A stretch of 64,000 bases of DNA from Acholeplasma sp. (GCA_036677365.1 JAVBWN010000016.1:32001-96000); one strand, 5' to 3'. Positions 52,069 to 62,656 are shown, counted from the first letter of the stretch. The notes: generated from the letters alone by a model not told the origin. Numbers and translations are program-made.

Positions 52069-53208
52069 ATGAACAAAAGAGTAAACTACAAGCACATCAC
52101 AATGCTTTTATGCTTACTCTTTACCGGTTTATTTTTGAGTGCATGTCAACAAGAACAAGGCTATCAGTATGGTGAAAAACAAATGTTGGTAAAATTATGG
52201 GAAGACAAAACGATCTATAATGAGACGGTCGTTCTCGAAGATAATGGTTCAGAAATATCAGGCAAATTGTTATTTGCACCTACTGAAATCATTGCCGTTA
52301 GGGATTATACACTGGATAAAGTATACGATCCCTCTGAATATGAAATCAGAGGAAACATCATTATGAGAACAGATACATCCACGATGCCATTTTTAACAAC
52401 AGAACAATTGGCTGGAAAAAATTTGCCTGAAGCATATGCATTTAGCACGTATCAAGCAAAAGCCCCTGGCACACAAATCATCTTTACTGAAGGTATTGGG
52501 ATCGTCATGCATCAAATCGCGGTTACATATAAACACGCATCTACATGGGCAGGGATTACACCTGCCCATCAAGTAGATGCATTGAAGCGATTTAATCAAA
52601 AAATTAGCGCAGGTGAAGCAGTAAACGTCGTACTTTATGGGGATTCTATATCCACAGGTGCAAACTCATCGGGTGTATTGGGCATCAAACCTTACCAAGA
52701 CGATTTCGGCACAATGTTTACCAATTATTTATCAAGTAAATACCATACCACCGTAAATCTCATAAATACGTCCAAAGGTGGGATGTTATCTGCTTGGGGT
52801 AAAGACAATGTAGATGATTTAGTGAATGATTATGATCCGGATTTGGTCATCATTGGTTTTGGTATGAATGATGGTTCATTGGGTGTTTCTCCTTTAACTT
52901 ATAAAGAGAATATTGAATTTATGATACGTTCCATTCAATCAAGAAACCCGGAAGCAGACATCATTGTCATGCATACCATATATGCGAATCCATTATCGAT
53001 TCAAAATCAAGGTCAAGCGTCTTATTTACCAGAATTAACAGATTTACAATCTGCCTATGGGGTTGCATTACTTGACATGGGCAGCATCACTGAAGAATTA
53101 TATAAAACCAAAAAGGGTGTGGATATTCTAGCGAATAACATCAACCACCCTAGTGATTTTTTAGTTAGAATCTATGCAGCAGGACTCATTCAGGTGTTGG
53201 AGGGATAA
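52069..53208 (+). CDS. SGNH/GDSL esterase lipoprotein
   Basis: Lipobox LSAC; YGDSIS, SKGG, FGMND, NHP. Confidence 0.88.
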   Translation: MNKRVNYKHITMLLCLLFTGLFLSACQQEQGYQYGEKQMLVKLWEDKTIYNETVVLEDNGSEISGKLLFAPTEIIAVRDYTLDKVYDPSEYEIRGNIIMRTDTSTMPFLTTEQLAGKNLPEAYAFSTYQAKAPGTQIIFTEGIGIVMHQIAVTYKHASTWAGITPAHQVDALKRFNQKISAGEAVNVVLYGDSISTGANSSGVLGIKPYQDDFGTMFTNYLSSKYHTTVNLINTSKGGMLSAWGKDNVDDLVNDYDPDLVIIGFGMNDGSLGVSPLTYKENIEFMIRSIQSRNPEADIIVMHTIYANPLSIQNQGQASYLPELTDLQSAYGVALLDMGSITEELYKTKKGVDILANNINHPSDFLVRIYAAGLIQVLEG

Positions 53209-53209
53209 C

Positions 53210-55489
53210 ATGTTAACCTATAGCGCAGATTACAAGAGTTTAATAGAAGCTTCTTATGAAATGAAAGAAGAAGCGAGAAATGCCGCGCTATTTACCACAG
53301 GGAATGGGTATTTTGGTATTAGAGGATCATTCGAAGAATTCGGTTCTTTGAATGTTCAAGGCGCGTACATTCGTGGATTAATCGATGAAATCATCGAAAT
53401 CCCTCAAATTTATATCGATAACGTATACATGCGCAAATATTATATAAACGAGTTGGAAGCGAAACAGTTTGAAACACAAGACTCGTGCATTAATTTTGCA
53501 GATATTTTACTCTTAAGATTTAAAATAGGTGATCACGTTTTCTACCCATGGGAAGGTAAAATCGAATCATGGGTCAGATACATCGATACAAAAGATGGGT
53601 CTTTGGTGAGGACATTGGTTTGGAATGACTTAGAAGGTCATTTAACCAAATTATCATTTAAGCGATTTGCTTCATTTAAAGACAACCATCACTATTTCAT
53701 TCAGGCGACATTGGAAAAACTCAATCATGACTTAGATGTGGTGATTGACAGTGGTTTAGATACATTCATCAAAACCAATGGTCAAAAAAAATCCAAATTG
53801 AAATCATTTCATTATGACTTAGGACAATTTTTGTTCGGTGTTGGTGATAAATATCATTTTGAGACTGCCATTTCGATACACAATGAGGTAGATAAAGTTT
53901 CATCTACTTGGCAATATGACAATGGGTGTCATTACGAAAGAATTTACCCCAAAGCAAATAGAACCATTCAAATTACAAAATCAATCGTTGTTCATATGAC
54001 ACAAGATGTAATCAATAAAGACATTCTAGCGAAAATCAACCAAGAAGCCATGTTGGCAGTGAAGAACGAAACGTATGAAAACCATTATAAGAAGCACTTG
54101 TCCGTTTATGAACAAGCATTCAATTTAATGAATGTCGAACTAGAACACCCATCCGATGATGCATTATTTAAGTATGCAAACTATCAAACCTTAATTTCAC
54201 TCGACCGCTATGATCAAGTCCATAGCGTCAGTGCGAAAAACCTGACAGGGGAAAAATATAACCAATTTGTTTGGTGGGATGCAGAAATATTCCAGTTTCC
54301 TGTGTATTTAATGACACACCCTGAAGCCGCGAAGTCGATCCTAATGTACCGCTATAATCGTTTAGAAGAAGCGATTAAAAACGCTAAAAAAGAAGGCATC
54401 GATGGGGCACGATTTGCGTTTTGCTCGTCCGTTTTAGGCGATGAAAAGGTCTGGGCTTACGCCAGACACCCATTCATGCAAATCCACATCAATTCAGACA
54501 TCGCCTACGCTATTTTATCCTATTATAGAGTGACAAAAGATTTAGATTTTATGGTGAATTATGGGGTAGAGATGCTTTTAGAAATATCCAAGTACTTTAT
54601 CCAAAGAGTCCGTTATAATGAAGCTCTAGATCTCTATGATTTAAATAACGTCACCGGGACCGATGAACACCACCCATACATCAATAACAATGCCTACACC
54701 AACTTCATGGTTTCTTATGTGTTAACAGAAACAGTGGAATGGTTTAAAACAAGAGGATTAAAAGAAAAGTATGGCGTGACTAAATCACTACTTGAAAAAA
54801 TCAAACATGTTGGTCACAAGATTAAAAAGAGTATGACCAAAGATGGCTATATCCCTCAATTTGATGGGTATTTCAATTTAAAAGAAACGTTAGAAGTCAC
54901 TGGTAACGGGTCAGCGAAGAGTTTCCAAATGAAACAATCGGGCCTATACCACGAATCACAAATCATCAAACAACCCGATGTCATTATGTTATTTACCTAT
55001 ATTGACATTCCACTTGGTCCAGTATCTTATGAGCGCAACTGGCAGTACTATGAAAGAATGTGTGAAGCGTCCTCTTCACTCACCTATCCAGTTCACGCCA
55101 TCGCGGCGATTGACCATCAAGAATATGACAAATTTTATGACTATTGGTATAAGAGCGTTGCGATCGATATCATAGATCATCACAAAGAAGCACATTTAGG
55201 CTTGCATGCTGCATGTATGGCAGGTGGTTGGTATGCTGTATTTAGGGGTTTGTTTGGCTTCAAACCAGCTTTAGACTACTTAGAACTTAATCCAACGTAC
55301 TTTGAACGTTGGGGTAGCGTAAAAATGGCGTTTATGTATCAAGGTAAACACATTAAAGCAGAATTGACAAAGCAAAGTGTGACGATTATTTGTAAAGAAG
55401 CTCTCGTTTTGGTATATCAACAACAAATTTATGAACACAATAAAAAAACCATCATACCATTGTTAGGTATGAGAAAGGATCATTTATGA
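53210..55489 (+). CDS. GH65 family glycoside phosphorylase/hydrolase
   Basis: LFTTGNGYFGIRG, WWDAEIF, QIHINSDIAY, GTDEHH, NNAYTN, IIKQPDV, SSLT. Confidence 0.92.
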   Translation: MLTYSADYKSLIEASYEMKEEARNAALFTTGNGYFGIRGSFEEFGSLNVQGAYIRGLIDEIIEIPQIYIDNVYMRKYYINELEAKQFETQDSCINFADILLLRFKIGDHVFYPWEGKIESWVRYIDTKDGSLVRTLVWNDLEGHLTKLSFKRFASFKDNHHYFIQATLEKLNHDLDVVIDSGLDTFIKTNGQKKSKLKSFHYDLGQFLFGVGDKYHFETAISIHNEVDKVSSTWQYDNGCHYERIYPKANRTIQITKSIVVHMTQDVINKDILAKINQEAMLAVKNETYENHYKKHLSVYEQAFNLMNVELEHPSDDALFKYANYQTLISLDRYDQVHSVSAKNLTGEKYNQFVWWDAEIFQFPVYLMTHPEAAKSILMYRYNRLEEAIKNAKKEGIDGARFAFCSSVLGDEKVWAYARHPFMQIHINSDIAYAILSYYRVTKDLDFMVNYGVEMLLEISKYFIQRVRYNEALDLYDLNNVTGTDEHHPYINNNAYTNFMVSYVLTETVEWFKTRGLKEKYGVTKSLLEKIKHVGHKIKKSMTKDGYIPQFDGYFNLKETLEVTGNGSAKSFQMKQSGLYHESQIIKQPDVIMLFTYIDIPLGPVSYERNWQYYERMCEASSSLTYPVHAIAAIDHQEYDKFYDYWYKSVAIDIIDHHKEAHLGLHAACMAGGWYAVFRGLFGFKPALDYLELNPTYFERWGSVKMAFMYQGKHIKAELTKQSVTIICKEALVLVYQQQIYEHNKKTIIPLLGMRKDHL

Positions 55490-56973
55490 AAAAAGTTTTG
55501 ACCCTATTGGCTATCATCCTATCGGTTGTCATCGTTGCTGCTTGTAACGGTAATGGCGGTTTAGGCGAAATAAAAACCATCGTTATTGATGGTGGAGGTG
55601 ATATTGGTAATTTTAACTCGACACCATTGATGACCCCTAGTGAAGCTAATCCATTCCCATATAACACACTAGAAGTATTAGCAAGAGAGTGGGAAAAGCT
55701 CAATCCGAAATATAAAATTGAAATCAATAAAACATCATCTAATGGCGATAGAGCCATTTTGGTCCCACAACTTAACAACAAAACCGCCCCAGATATTACT
55801 TATCAGAACGGGACTGTTGTCAATATGGACTTAGGAAAAGACTATTATGTCGTTTTAAATGAGTATTTGAATAAACCAAACAAGTATGTATCAGGCAATA
55901 AGGCATGGAAAGATTTATACATACCTGAAGAACTAGCACAAAATATGGCTTCAGATGGCAATTATTACACCATAACACTGGAAAAAGTACCTGTAGGTAT
56001 CATGTACAATAAAGCAATACTCGCAGAAGCAGGTATCACAAAAATCCCATCAACCTATGCTGAATTTTTACAGGCATTGAGTGATATAAAGACAAAAACA
56101 ACCAAAGAAGCTTATACAACGACTTACACTTGGTATGATATCGTCCTTGAATCCACAATGTTCTCTGACATATTACCACTCGCCGATGTCTTAACTGTCA
56201 ACGGGAAAGTCGATACAGAAGAATTTGTCAGAGCTTATGAAAAAGGTATTTGGAATCCAACATTGAATGCCCTTGGATCAGGTGCTACGCTCGTAGATAA
56301 CCGTTATTATGAGTATATTAAAGTAACTAAAATGAAAACAGAATTCTATCCACAAAATTGGCAAAGTTATGATGCGCATACCAATTTCGTCAATGGTAAC
56401 CTCGCGATGGTTGAAGTAACCGGTAGAGAAATTCGTAAACTTTCCATCAACAAAAACATCAATTTTGAATGGGGCGTTATGCCGTATCCAGATTTGACGA
56501 CAGCAACAACACCTTACGCTTATGCACCATCCATTCGTGGCGTAGCCGGGTTGGCGACACCATGGTTTATTACCAATGCTGCTGTAGAAAAAGGCACAGT
56601 AGAAGGTGCAGTTGACTTTTTAATGTTCCTAACAGCACCACAAAATAACAATCGTTTGATTGGTGACCTAAAAGGTGGCATTCCACTCAATCCCAATTCA
56701 GAAACAGCAATAGCCCCTTATTTGCAAGAATTATTGGAGATTTACACCCAAGATAAAGCAACCGTATCCACAGGCAATCGCGTTTATTGGGGATCAGTAA
56801 ACTCATGGGCAATGTTAGGTTATGCCTATAATACAGCATTTATCAAGAGTTTACAGGACATCGATAATGGTGTCAAAACCGAAGAAGAGGTTGCCAAATC
56901 ATTGGCACAAACCATACGTAATACGATACAAGCATTAAAGATTGAAAATCAATACGACGAGTCGAAATGGTGA
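55486..56973 (+). CDS. Sugar ABC transporter substrate-binding lipoprotein
   Basis: Lipobox VAAC, APDI, MYNKAILAEAGI..IPSTYAEF, FEWGVMPYP. Confidence 0.88.
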   Translation: MKKVLTLLAIILSVVIVAACNGNGGLGEIKTIVIDGGGDIGNFNSTPLMTPSEANPFPYNTLEVLAREWEKLNPKYKIEINKTSSNGDRAILVPQLNNKTAPDITYQNGTVVNMDLGKDYYVVLNEYLNKPNKYVSGNKAWKDLYIPEELAQNMASDGNYYTITLEKVPVGIMYNKAILAEAGITKIPSTYAEFLQALSDIKTKTTKEAYTTTYTWYDIVLESTMFSDILPLADVLTVNGKVDTEEFVRAYEKGIWNPTLNALGSGATLVDNRYYEYIKVTKMKTEFYPQNWQSYDAHTNFVNGNLAMVEVTGREIRKLSINKNINFEWGVMPYPDLTTATTPYAYAPSIRGVAGLATPWFITNAAVEKGTVEGAVDFLMFLTAPQNNNRLIGDLKGGIPLNPNSETAIAPYLQELLEIYTQDKATVSTGNRVYWGSVNSWAMLGYAYNTAFIKSLQDIDNGVKTEEEVAKSLAQTIRNTIQALKIENQYDESKW

Positions 56974-57872
56974 AGATTATGAAGAAAAATCAGCAAAAAA
57001 CAAAATTTCAATATAAAGCATTTATTTGGCTTTCACCGGCCATTTTGTTATTGCTGATTTTCTCATATTATCCACCGATTCGCACATTGATGTTTTCATT
57101 TACGGACGCTAACGGGGCAGGCATTGGAAAATTTGTGTTTTTAGATAATTTCATTGAACTATTTTCATCTCAGGTTTTTTATAGAAGCTTAATCAACGTC
57201 ATTATATTCATCTCGGTTGGCATGTTTGTCGGTAATATTGCAACCATCTTATTGGCTGAATTACTGTATAACTTGAAAAGTCGATTCGCCAGTGCATTTT
57301 ATCGGTTTTTATTCATCATACCTGTCCTTGTGCCTGCTGTTGTCATCATTTTAATCTGGCAATACATCGTTTTTGCGGGTGGAGACTCAGGGATTGCAAA
57401 TAGAATTATGGGATTTTTTGGCGGAGATAACCAAAATTGGTATTTTGATCCAAAACTTGCACCTGTGGCTATTTTATTAACAGCATTTCCGTGGGTAGCA
57501 GGGACTTCATTTTTGATATATTTAGCCGGCTTACAAAATATTTCAAGTGGAGTAATTGAAGCGTCCAAACTAGATGGTGCGAATATGATTCAAAGAATTA
57601 TTCGAATTGATCTACCCTTACTCAAAGGACAAATCAAGTATTTTGTGGTTATGGGCATCATCGGTGGTTTACAAAATATCAACCTACAAGTATTGGTGAC
57701 AGGCAGTGGACCCGGTACATCTAACGCCACCAACGTACCAGCGTTCATGCTTTTCGAAGAAGCATTTACATATGACCGTTATGGTTATGCATCTGCGATT
57801 GGAATAGTCATATTTTTAATGACCCTTGCTTTTACTATTTTTAACATGAAAAAGCTGAAAGGAAATGACTGA
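56967..57872 (+). CDS. Carbohydrate ABC permease
   Basis: IYLAGLQNIS..IEASKLDGA EAA loop, YGYASAIG. Confidence 0.92.
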   Translation: MVKIMKKNQQKTKFQYKAFIWLSPAILLLLIFSYYPPIRTLMFSFTDANGAGIGKFVFLDNFIELFSSQVFYRSLINVIIFISVGMFVGNIATILLAELLYNLKSRFASAFYRFLFIIPVLVPAVVIILIWQYIVFAGGDSGIANRIMGFFGGDNQNWYFDPKLAPVAILLTAFPWVAGTSFLIYLAGLQNISSGVIEASKLDGANMIQRIIRIDLPLLKGQIKYFVVMGIIGGLQNINLQVLVTGSGPGTSNATNVPAFMLFEEAFTYDRYGYASAIGIVIFLMTLAFTIFNMKKLKGND

Positions 57873-58719
57873 TATGAGATTACTCAAATTTTTACGTAAA
57901 AACTATGTTGAAGTCATCATTACAACGATAGTCATGGTGCTGCTATTGCTATCCTTTTATCCGTTATACATGTTGGTCATTAAAAGTTTTAAGACCATTT
58001 CAGACGACCAATCCAACCCTTTCGGTCTACCGGTTGTATGGAGTTTAGAAAACTATGAATATGCGTGGATTGTTATCAAACCATACTTATTTAACTCACT
58101 GTTTGTAACGACAATCCAAACCCTCGGTATCGTTACAGTGGGGTCATTTACTGCCTTCGCTTTCGTCCGATTTAATTTTCCATATAAAAACACAATTTTC
58201 TATATGATCATTGCATTACTCATGATGCCGGGTATCGTCACTTTGACAAGCCAATATGAACTCGTTAATAAATTAGGACTGGTAAATTCCCATTGGGGTG
58301 TTATCTTACCAGCAATTTCGGGGTCTATTCCATTCGCCACTTTTCTCTTAAGAACATCTTTTTCAGGGGTATCCACAGAGTTATTAGATGCCGCAACCAT
58401 CGATGGGGCTACTGATTTTCAGGTGTATTACAATGTGATGTTACCAATTTCTAAACCCATCATTTGGACTTTAGTAATTACCTCTTTTATCGGGGGATGG
58501 AACGATTATTTATGGCCATCCTTGGTTTTATTAGATGAAAAACTCCACACCTTACCCATCGCCCTAGTCAATTTCACCACCTCTTATTACGGAATGACTG
58601 GCGGTTATGGGGCACCTTTCGCAGCTTATGTTATTAGTAGTTTACCGCTACTCATTGTGTTCTTAATGGCTTCAAAACAATTTATTGCCGGTCTTACCAG
58701 TGGCAGTATCAAGATGTAA
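57865..58719 (+). CDS. Carbohydrate ABC permease
   Basis: ELLDAATIDGA, WNDYLWP, KQFIAGLTSGSIK. Confidence 0.92.
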   Translation: MTDMRLLKFLRKNYVEVIITTIVMVLLLLSFYPLYMLVIKSFKTISDDQSNPFGLPVVWSLENYEYAWIVIKPYLFNSLFVTTIQTLGIVTVGSFTAFAFVRFNFPYKNTIFYMIIALLMMPGIVTLTSQYELVNKLGLVNSHWGVILPAISGSIPFATFLLRTSFSGVSTELLDAATIDGATDFQVYYNVMLPISKPIIWTLVITSFIGGWNDYLWPSLVLLDEKLHTLPIALVNFTTSYYGMTGGYGAPFAAYVISSLPLLIVFLMASKQFIAGLTSGSIKM

Positions 58720-58730
58720 AGGAGAAACAA

Positions 58731-59705
58731 ATGAAAAAGATTCTATTGGTTCTAAGTTTTTTAGGGATATTTTCTATACTTACCGCATGTGATAACAAAA
58801 AACCTACACCAGAAAGTAAAGTCATTGAACTTATTCAAGATAATCTATTCAAGAATGGTTTCGTCATCTCTCCCGCAGATAACGAACCTCAACCAGACAA
58901 TAGATACCCACTTGATTACAACTTAACTTATGGCACACCCGATGGACAAATCGCTTGGTTATTGGGTCAAGCAGGTAATCGATTTGGACTAGCAGATGAT
59001 TATGCATTGTTGGGAAAAGAAGTTGCATACTCAAACGGATATTATACGATTGAAGATACATCCAAACAATTGATTATCAATCCGGAAACGGGTGAAATCA
59101 CGTTTGTCTTGAATACATCCAAAGAATATTTAAAGCCTCGTGAGGCGAAAGAAGCATGGCCACATTTACTCATTCAACAAGGGTTATCACAAAACATTTC
59201 GGTGAGTGATGTTGAAAGTATTGTTTTGAGTATGTCCATTCAACTCAATAGTCTCATCAATCATATGTCGAATGAAGAATACAATCCATCCTTACATACC
59301 GCTCAATTTTTGATGTATATCGTTGTTCGTAGCAATGCAGCAGCGGATGCGGGTGAATATATGTGGTTCGGAATTCCCTTTTTTGATGCGCGATACCCAC
59401 TCATGCAAGAAAATGGGATGATTGATGCAGGGACCTCAGGCAATACTGGGAAATTCATTTATCAGATGCCACAAATTGATTTTATGCCAAATGGATTACA
59501 AGTCGGTGTCAACAACCAGATCAATGTGGATTTAATTCCTTATTTTGCGAGAGCATTAATGCTTGCAAAAGAAAAAGGCGCATTATTGAACACCACGGTT
59601 GACGATTTATATTTAACCAACATGAATATTGGCTATGAAATTCCGGGTACTTATGATGTGTCGATTACAATTCAAAATTTCTCATTGAAAGCGACTAAAA
59701 AATAA
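58731..59705 (+). CDS. Lipoprotein of unrecognised family, paralogue C
   Basis: Lipobox LTAC; WPHLLIQQ, HTAQFLMY, WFGIPFFDARY, MNIGYEIPGTYDV. Confidence 0.8.
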   Translation: MKKILLVLSFLGIFSILTACDNKKPTPESKVIELIQDNLFKNGFVISPADNEPQPDNRYPLDYNLTYGTPDGQIAWLLGQAGNRFGLADDYALLGKEVAYSNGYYTIEDTSKQLIINPETGEITFVLNTSKEYLKPREAKEAWPHLLIQQGLSQNISVSDVESIVLSMSIQLNSLINHMSNEEYNPSLHTAQFLMYIVVRSNAAADAGEYMWFGIPFFDARYPLMQENGMIDAGTSGNTGKFIYQMPQIDFMPNGLQVGVNNQINVDLIPYFARALMLAKEKGALLNTTVDDLYLTNMNIGYEIPGTYDVSITIQNFSLKATKK

Positions 59706-59706
59706 A

Positions 59707-60351
59707 ATGATAAAGGGCATCATATTCGATTTAGACGGGGTCATCGTATCCACCGATGACCTTCATTTTATGGCGTGGAAAAAAATAGCATCCCAAGAAG
59801 GTATTGTATTTGATCGAACCATCAATCACCAATTACGAGGTGTATCTCGAATGGAATCTCTAGAGATTATCCTATCGAAATCCAATAAAAAATATACAAT
59901 GGATGAAAAATTAGCACTAGCAAAAATTAAGAATGATTACTATGTTACATTACTGGATCAATTATCTCAAAAAGACATTCTTCCAGGCGTCACACATCTT
60001 TTGGACTGGTTAAAGCAAACCCAAATCAAAACAGCCATTGGATCATCAAGTAAAAATGCAAAAACGATACTGAGAAAAATCGGATTATATGAGATGTTTG
60101 ATCATATCACCGATGGTAATGATATCTTACACAGCAAACCCAATCCAGAAGTGTTTTTAAAAGCCGCGCATGCGCTTGGTTTAGAGAATAGTCTTTGTGC
60201 TGTGGTGGAAGACGCTGAAGCAGGTATAGAGGCCGCTAAAGCAGCGGGTATGTATGCTTTCGGCATAGGACCAGCCAGTACCTATCATAAAACAGACTGT
60301 CCATTAACATTCATCGACGAAATTAAACAAACCCTAAAAATACAAATGTAG
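59707..60351 (+). CDS. pgmB: Beta-phosphoglucomutase
   Basis: IFDLDGVIVSTD, HFMAW, LRGVSRMESL, SSSKNA, KPNPEVFL, VEDAEAG. Confidence 0.93.
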   Translation: MIKGIIFDLDGVIVSTDDLHFMAWKKIASQEGIVFDRTINHQLRGVSRMESLEIILSKSNKKYTMDEKLALAKIKNDYYVTLLDQLSQKDILPGVTHLLDWLKQTQIKTAIGSSSKNAKTILRKIGLYEMFDHITDGNDILHSKPNPEVFLKAAHALGLENSLCAVVEDAEAGIEAAKAAGMYAFGIGPASTYHKTDCPLTFIDEIKQTLKIQM

Positions 60352-60385
60352 AAGATTGTCAGCAATTGATAATCTTTTTTGTTTT
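60350..60385 (+). terminator. Intrinsic terminator ending glycan operon
   Basis: aagattgtca...tgataatctt plus T run. Confidence 0.7.
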
Positions 60386-60417
60386 CTGGGTATATAATAA
60401 CCTCAGGTGGTGATACT

Positions 60418-61332
60418 ATGAAACTCATCGATTATCTTATGGGAAGTGACTCATCCATTCAATCCCTCGCGTCTAAACATCTATTGAATAAAGAAATCAA
60501 AGTCAGAAACAGCGAAATCATTGAATCCTATTTAAGTCACTTTGATCATAAAACCTATCAATTTGGTGAAGGTATATATTCACCAAAATGGATATCCACC
60601 TTCTATACCTTAAGAGACCTTGCACAATTCAACATCGATGATCAGAACCCAATATTTCAAAAGTGTATCGATACACTCTTGAGTCATCTGTGGAACAAAG
60701 ACGCCTTCATCGAAGACGATATCTGTGTCGTCGCGATGCTTGTCAGTCTGTGTACGTATGCAAGAAGAGACACAGGTATCATTGATTCGATTATGGATTA
60801 TTTGATACAAACCCATCAAACTGAAGATGGTGGTTGGAACTGTGCTTGTACCAGGCATGATACCAAGAAGAGTTCAATTAATACCACGCTATCCGTATTA
60901 GAAGCTTTTAGGGATTATGAATATTATGGTTACACCAATAAGCTACAAACCATAAAACCATTGAATCAATCAGGTATTGAATATCTATTAAGGAAGAAAC
61001 TCTACTTAAGAGAAACCACTCAAACACCGATATTCAAATACATCCAAGATATTCATTTCCCCATCCATTGGCAATACGATATTTATCGTGCATTAGACTA
61101 TTTCGCATCCATCAAATACCCATATGACCCAAGGATGGAACAAGCCTTAAACATCTTCAAACAATCCTTTAAGAATGGGTTGTTACCAAGAGGGAAAACA
61201 TTCTCAGGTAAAACACACTTTAGATTAATAACGGAGGATGTGGTTAAAATCAACACCATCCGAGGTTTAAGCGTATTAAAAGTGTATGATCAAAATATGT
61301 ATCAAGCACTTATGCAAACAACTATCGACTAA
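60418..61332 (+). CDS. Hypothetical protein, prenyltransferase/terpene-cyclase-like helical fold
   Basis: YSPKWISTFYTL, QTEDGGWNC, FPIHWQYDIYRALDY. Confidence 0.6.
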   Translation: MKLIDYLMGSDSSIQSLASKHLLNKEIKVRNSEIIESYLSHFDHKTYQFGEGIYSPKWISTFYTLRDLAQFNIDDQNPIFQKCIDTLLSHLWNKDAFIEDDICVVAMLVSLCTYARRDTGIIDSIMDYLIQTHQTEDGGWNCACTRHDTKKSSINTTLSVLEAFRDYEYYGYTNKLQTIKPLNQSGIEYLLRKKLYLRETTQTPIFKYIQDIHFPIHWQYDIYRALDYFASIKYPYDPRMEQALNIFKQSFKNGLLPRGKTFSGKTHFRLITEDVVKINTIRGLSVLKVYDQNMYQALMQTTID

Positions 61333-61358
61333 CTCATCCGAACTGGATGAGTTTTTAT
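61331..61358 (+). terminator. Intrinsic terminator
   Basis: aactcatcc-gaact-ggatgagtt plus T run. Confidence 0.8.
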
Positions 61359-61550
61359 CTGGTTTTTATAAAAATAATGAGTACACATGATTTTAAGATA
61401 CAAGTTTACTCATAAATTAGGAAAACAATCTTTTTATTGGACCTAATAGTGAAAAATAGCGCTTTATGGGCATTCAATCATTTGTGAAAGTATGCTTAAC
61501 AATACCTTGTGATATAATATAAAAAACCAACCCATGATGAGGTATATCAA

Positions 61551-62603
61551 ATGAATCATTTATTCAAAGAGATGTGTAAAAACGACGGACTCAGACAACG
61601 CTTTATGATTGCGATATCATCGGTTCAAGTCATATTTTCTATCATCGTAATGCTTATCCTCAATATTCAACCTATTTTGTGGGTGAATATTGGCGGATTG
61701 ATTGCGTTATTTTTCAGTTTTTATGTCATTAAGAAAAGAAGAACTTATTTGTTGTATGCAGCATTTACCATATATGCTGCAGGATCGATTCTTTTAACCA
61801 CGTTGTATCTAGAAGAAGGCTATGGTTTCGTTTATTACCTAATCATGATCATCCCTTTTGGGTTTGTAATACTGTATGACGTCATCACATTCAATAAAGT
61901 TGTCATCAGTACACTCTTAGGTACCACCATTACCATCATCAGTTATGCATTATATCAACTGTTATTAGATATAAACCAACCTGTTTCCATTGGGGGTCAC
62001 TTTTTCCAGGAAATTGTTCTATTCATCAATATTTTCTTGATTATGGTCATTCTGTTTGTTTTCTTCTTGATGTTCTCATTTCGATTGGAATGTTCTAAAG
62101 AACGAGAAAAACAAATGCGTGACCAATTAACCTATGAAGCCAATCACGATAAACTGACTGGTTTATACAACCGAAAGTTTATCGATGTGCTTTTAGATAA
62201 AATTCAAGTTTCATCCTTAGAAACGTATTTATTATTAGCAGACCTCAATGGATTCAAAAAGATTAACGATACCTATGGACACCAAATGGGTGATCAAGTA
62301 TTGATCGATGTAGCCCAAATCATTCAAAAACACCTACAATCCGATTGTTATGCGCTTAGGTGGGGTGGCGAAGAATTTATCATCGTATGTATGAATCAAA
62401 CGATAGATTTTGTGAATGATTATGTTGTAAGGTTAAAAAAAGACATCGAAGCCATCCATTATGAATCATACCCACAATTAAATATATCGATTGCAGTGGG
62501 GATATCGAAACATGACCCAAATAAAACCATCGATATCACCATCCAAATGGCAGATCAACGGATGTATGAGGATAAAACAAAGTATAAATCAACCCATAAG
62601 TAA
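61551..62603 (+). CDS. Membrane-bound GGDEF diguanylate cyclase
   Basis: About 6 TMs, DKLTGLYNR, DLNGFKKINDTYGH..GD, RWGGEEF, AD.RMY. Confidence 0.92.
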   Translation: MNHLFKEMCKNDGLRQRFMIAISSVQVIFSIIVMLILNIQPILWVNIGGLIALFFSFYVIKKRRTYLLYAAFTIYAAGSILLTTLYLEEGYGFVYYLIMIIPFGFVILYDVITFNKVVISTLLGTTITIISYALYQLLLDINQPVSIGGHFFQEIVLFINIFLIMVILFVFFLMFSFRLECSKEREKQMRDQLTYEANHDKLTGLYNRKFIDVLLDKIQVSSLETYLLLADLNGFKKINDTYGHQMGDQVLIDVAQIIQKHLQSDCYALRWGGEEFIIVCMNQTIDFVNDYVVRLKKDIEAIHYESYPQLNISIAVGISKHDPNKTIDITIQMADQRMYEDKTKYKSTHK

Positions 62604-62611
62604 AAACGATA

Positions 62612-62656
62612 AAAAGCTGTGATGGTCAGACATGAATCTGTATCATCACAGCTTTT
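62612..62656 (+). terminator. Long hairpin terminator
   Basis: aaaagctgtgatg...tatcatcacagctttt. Confidence 0.75.
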
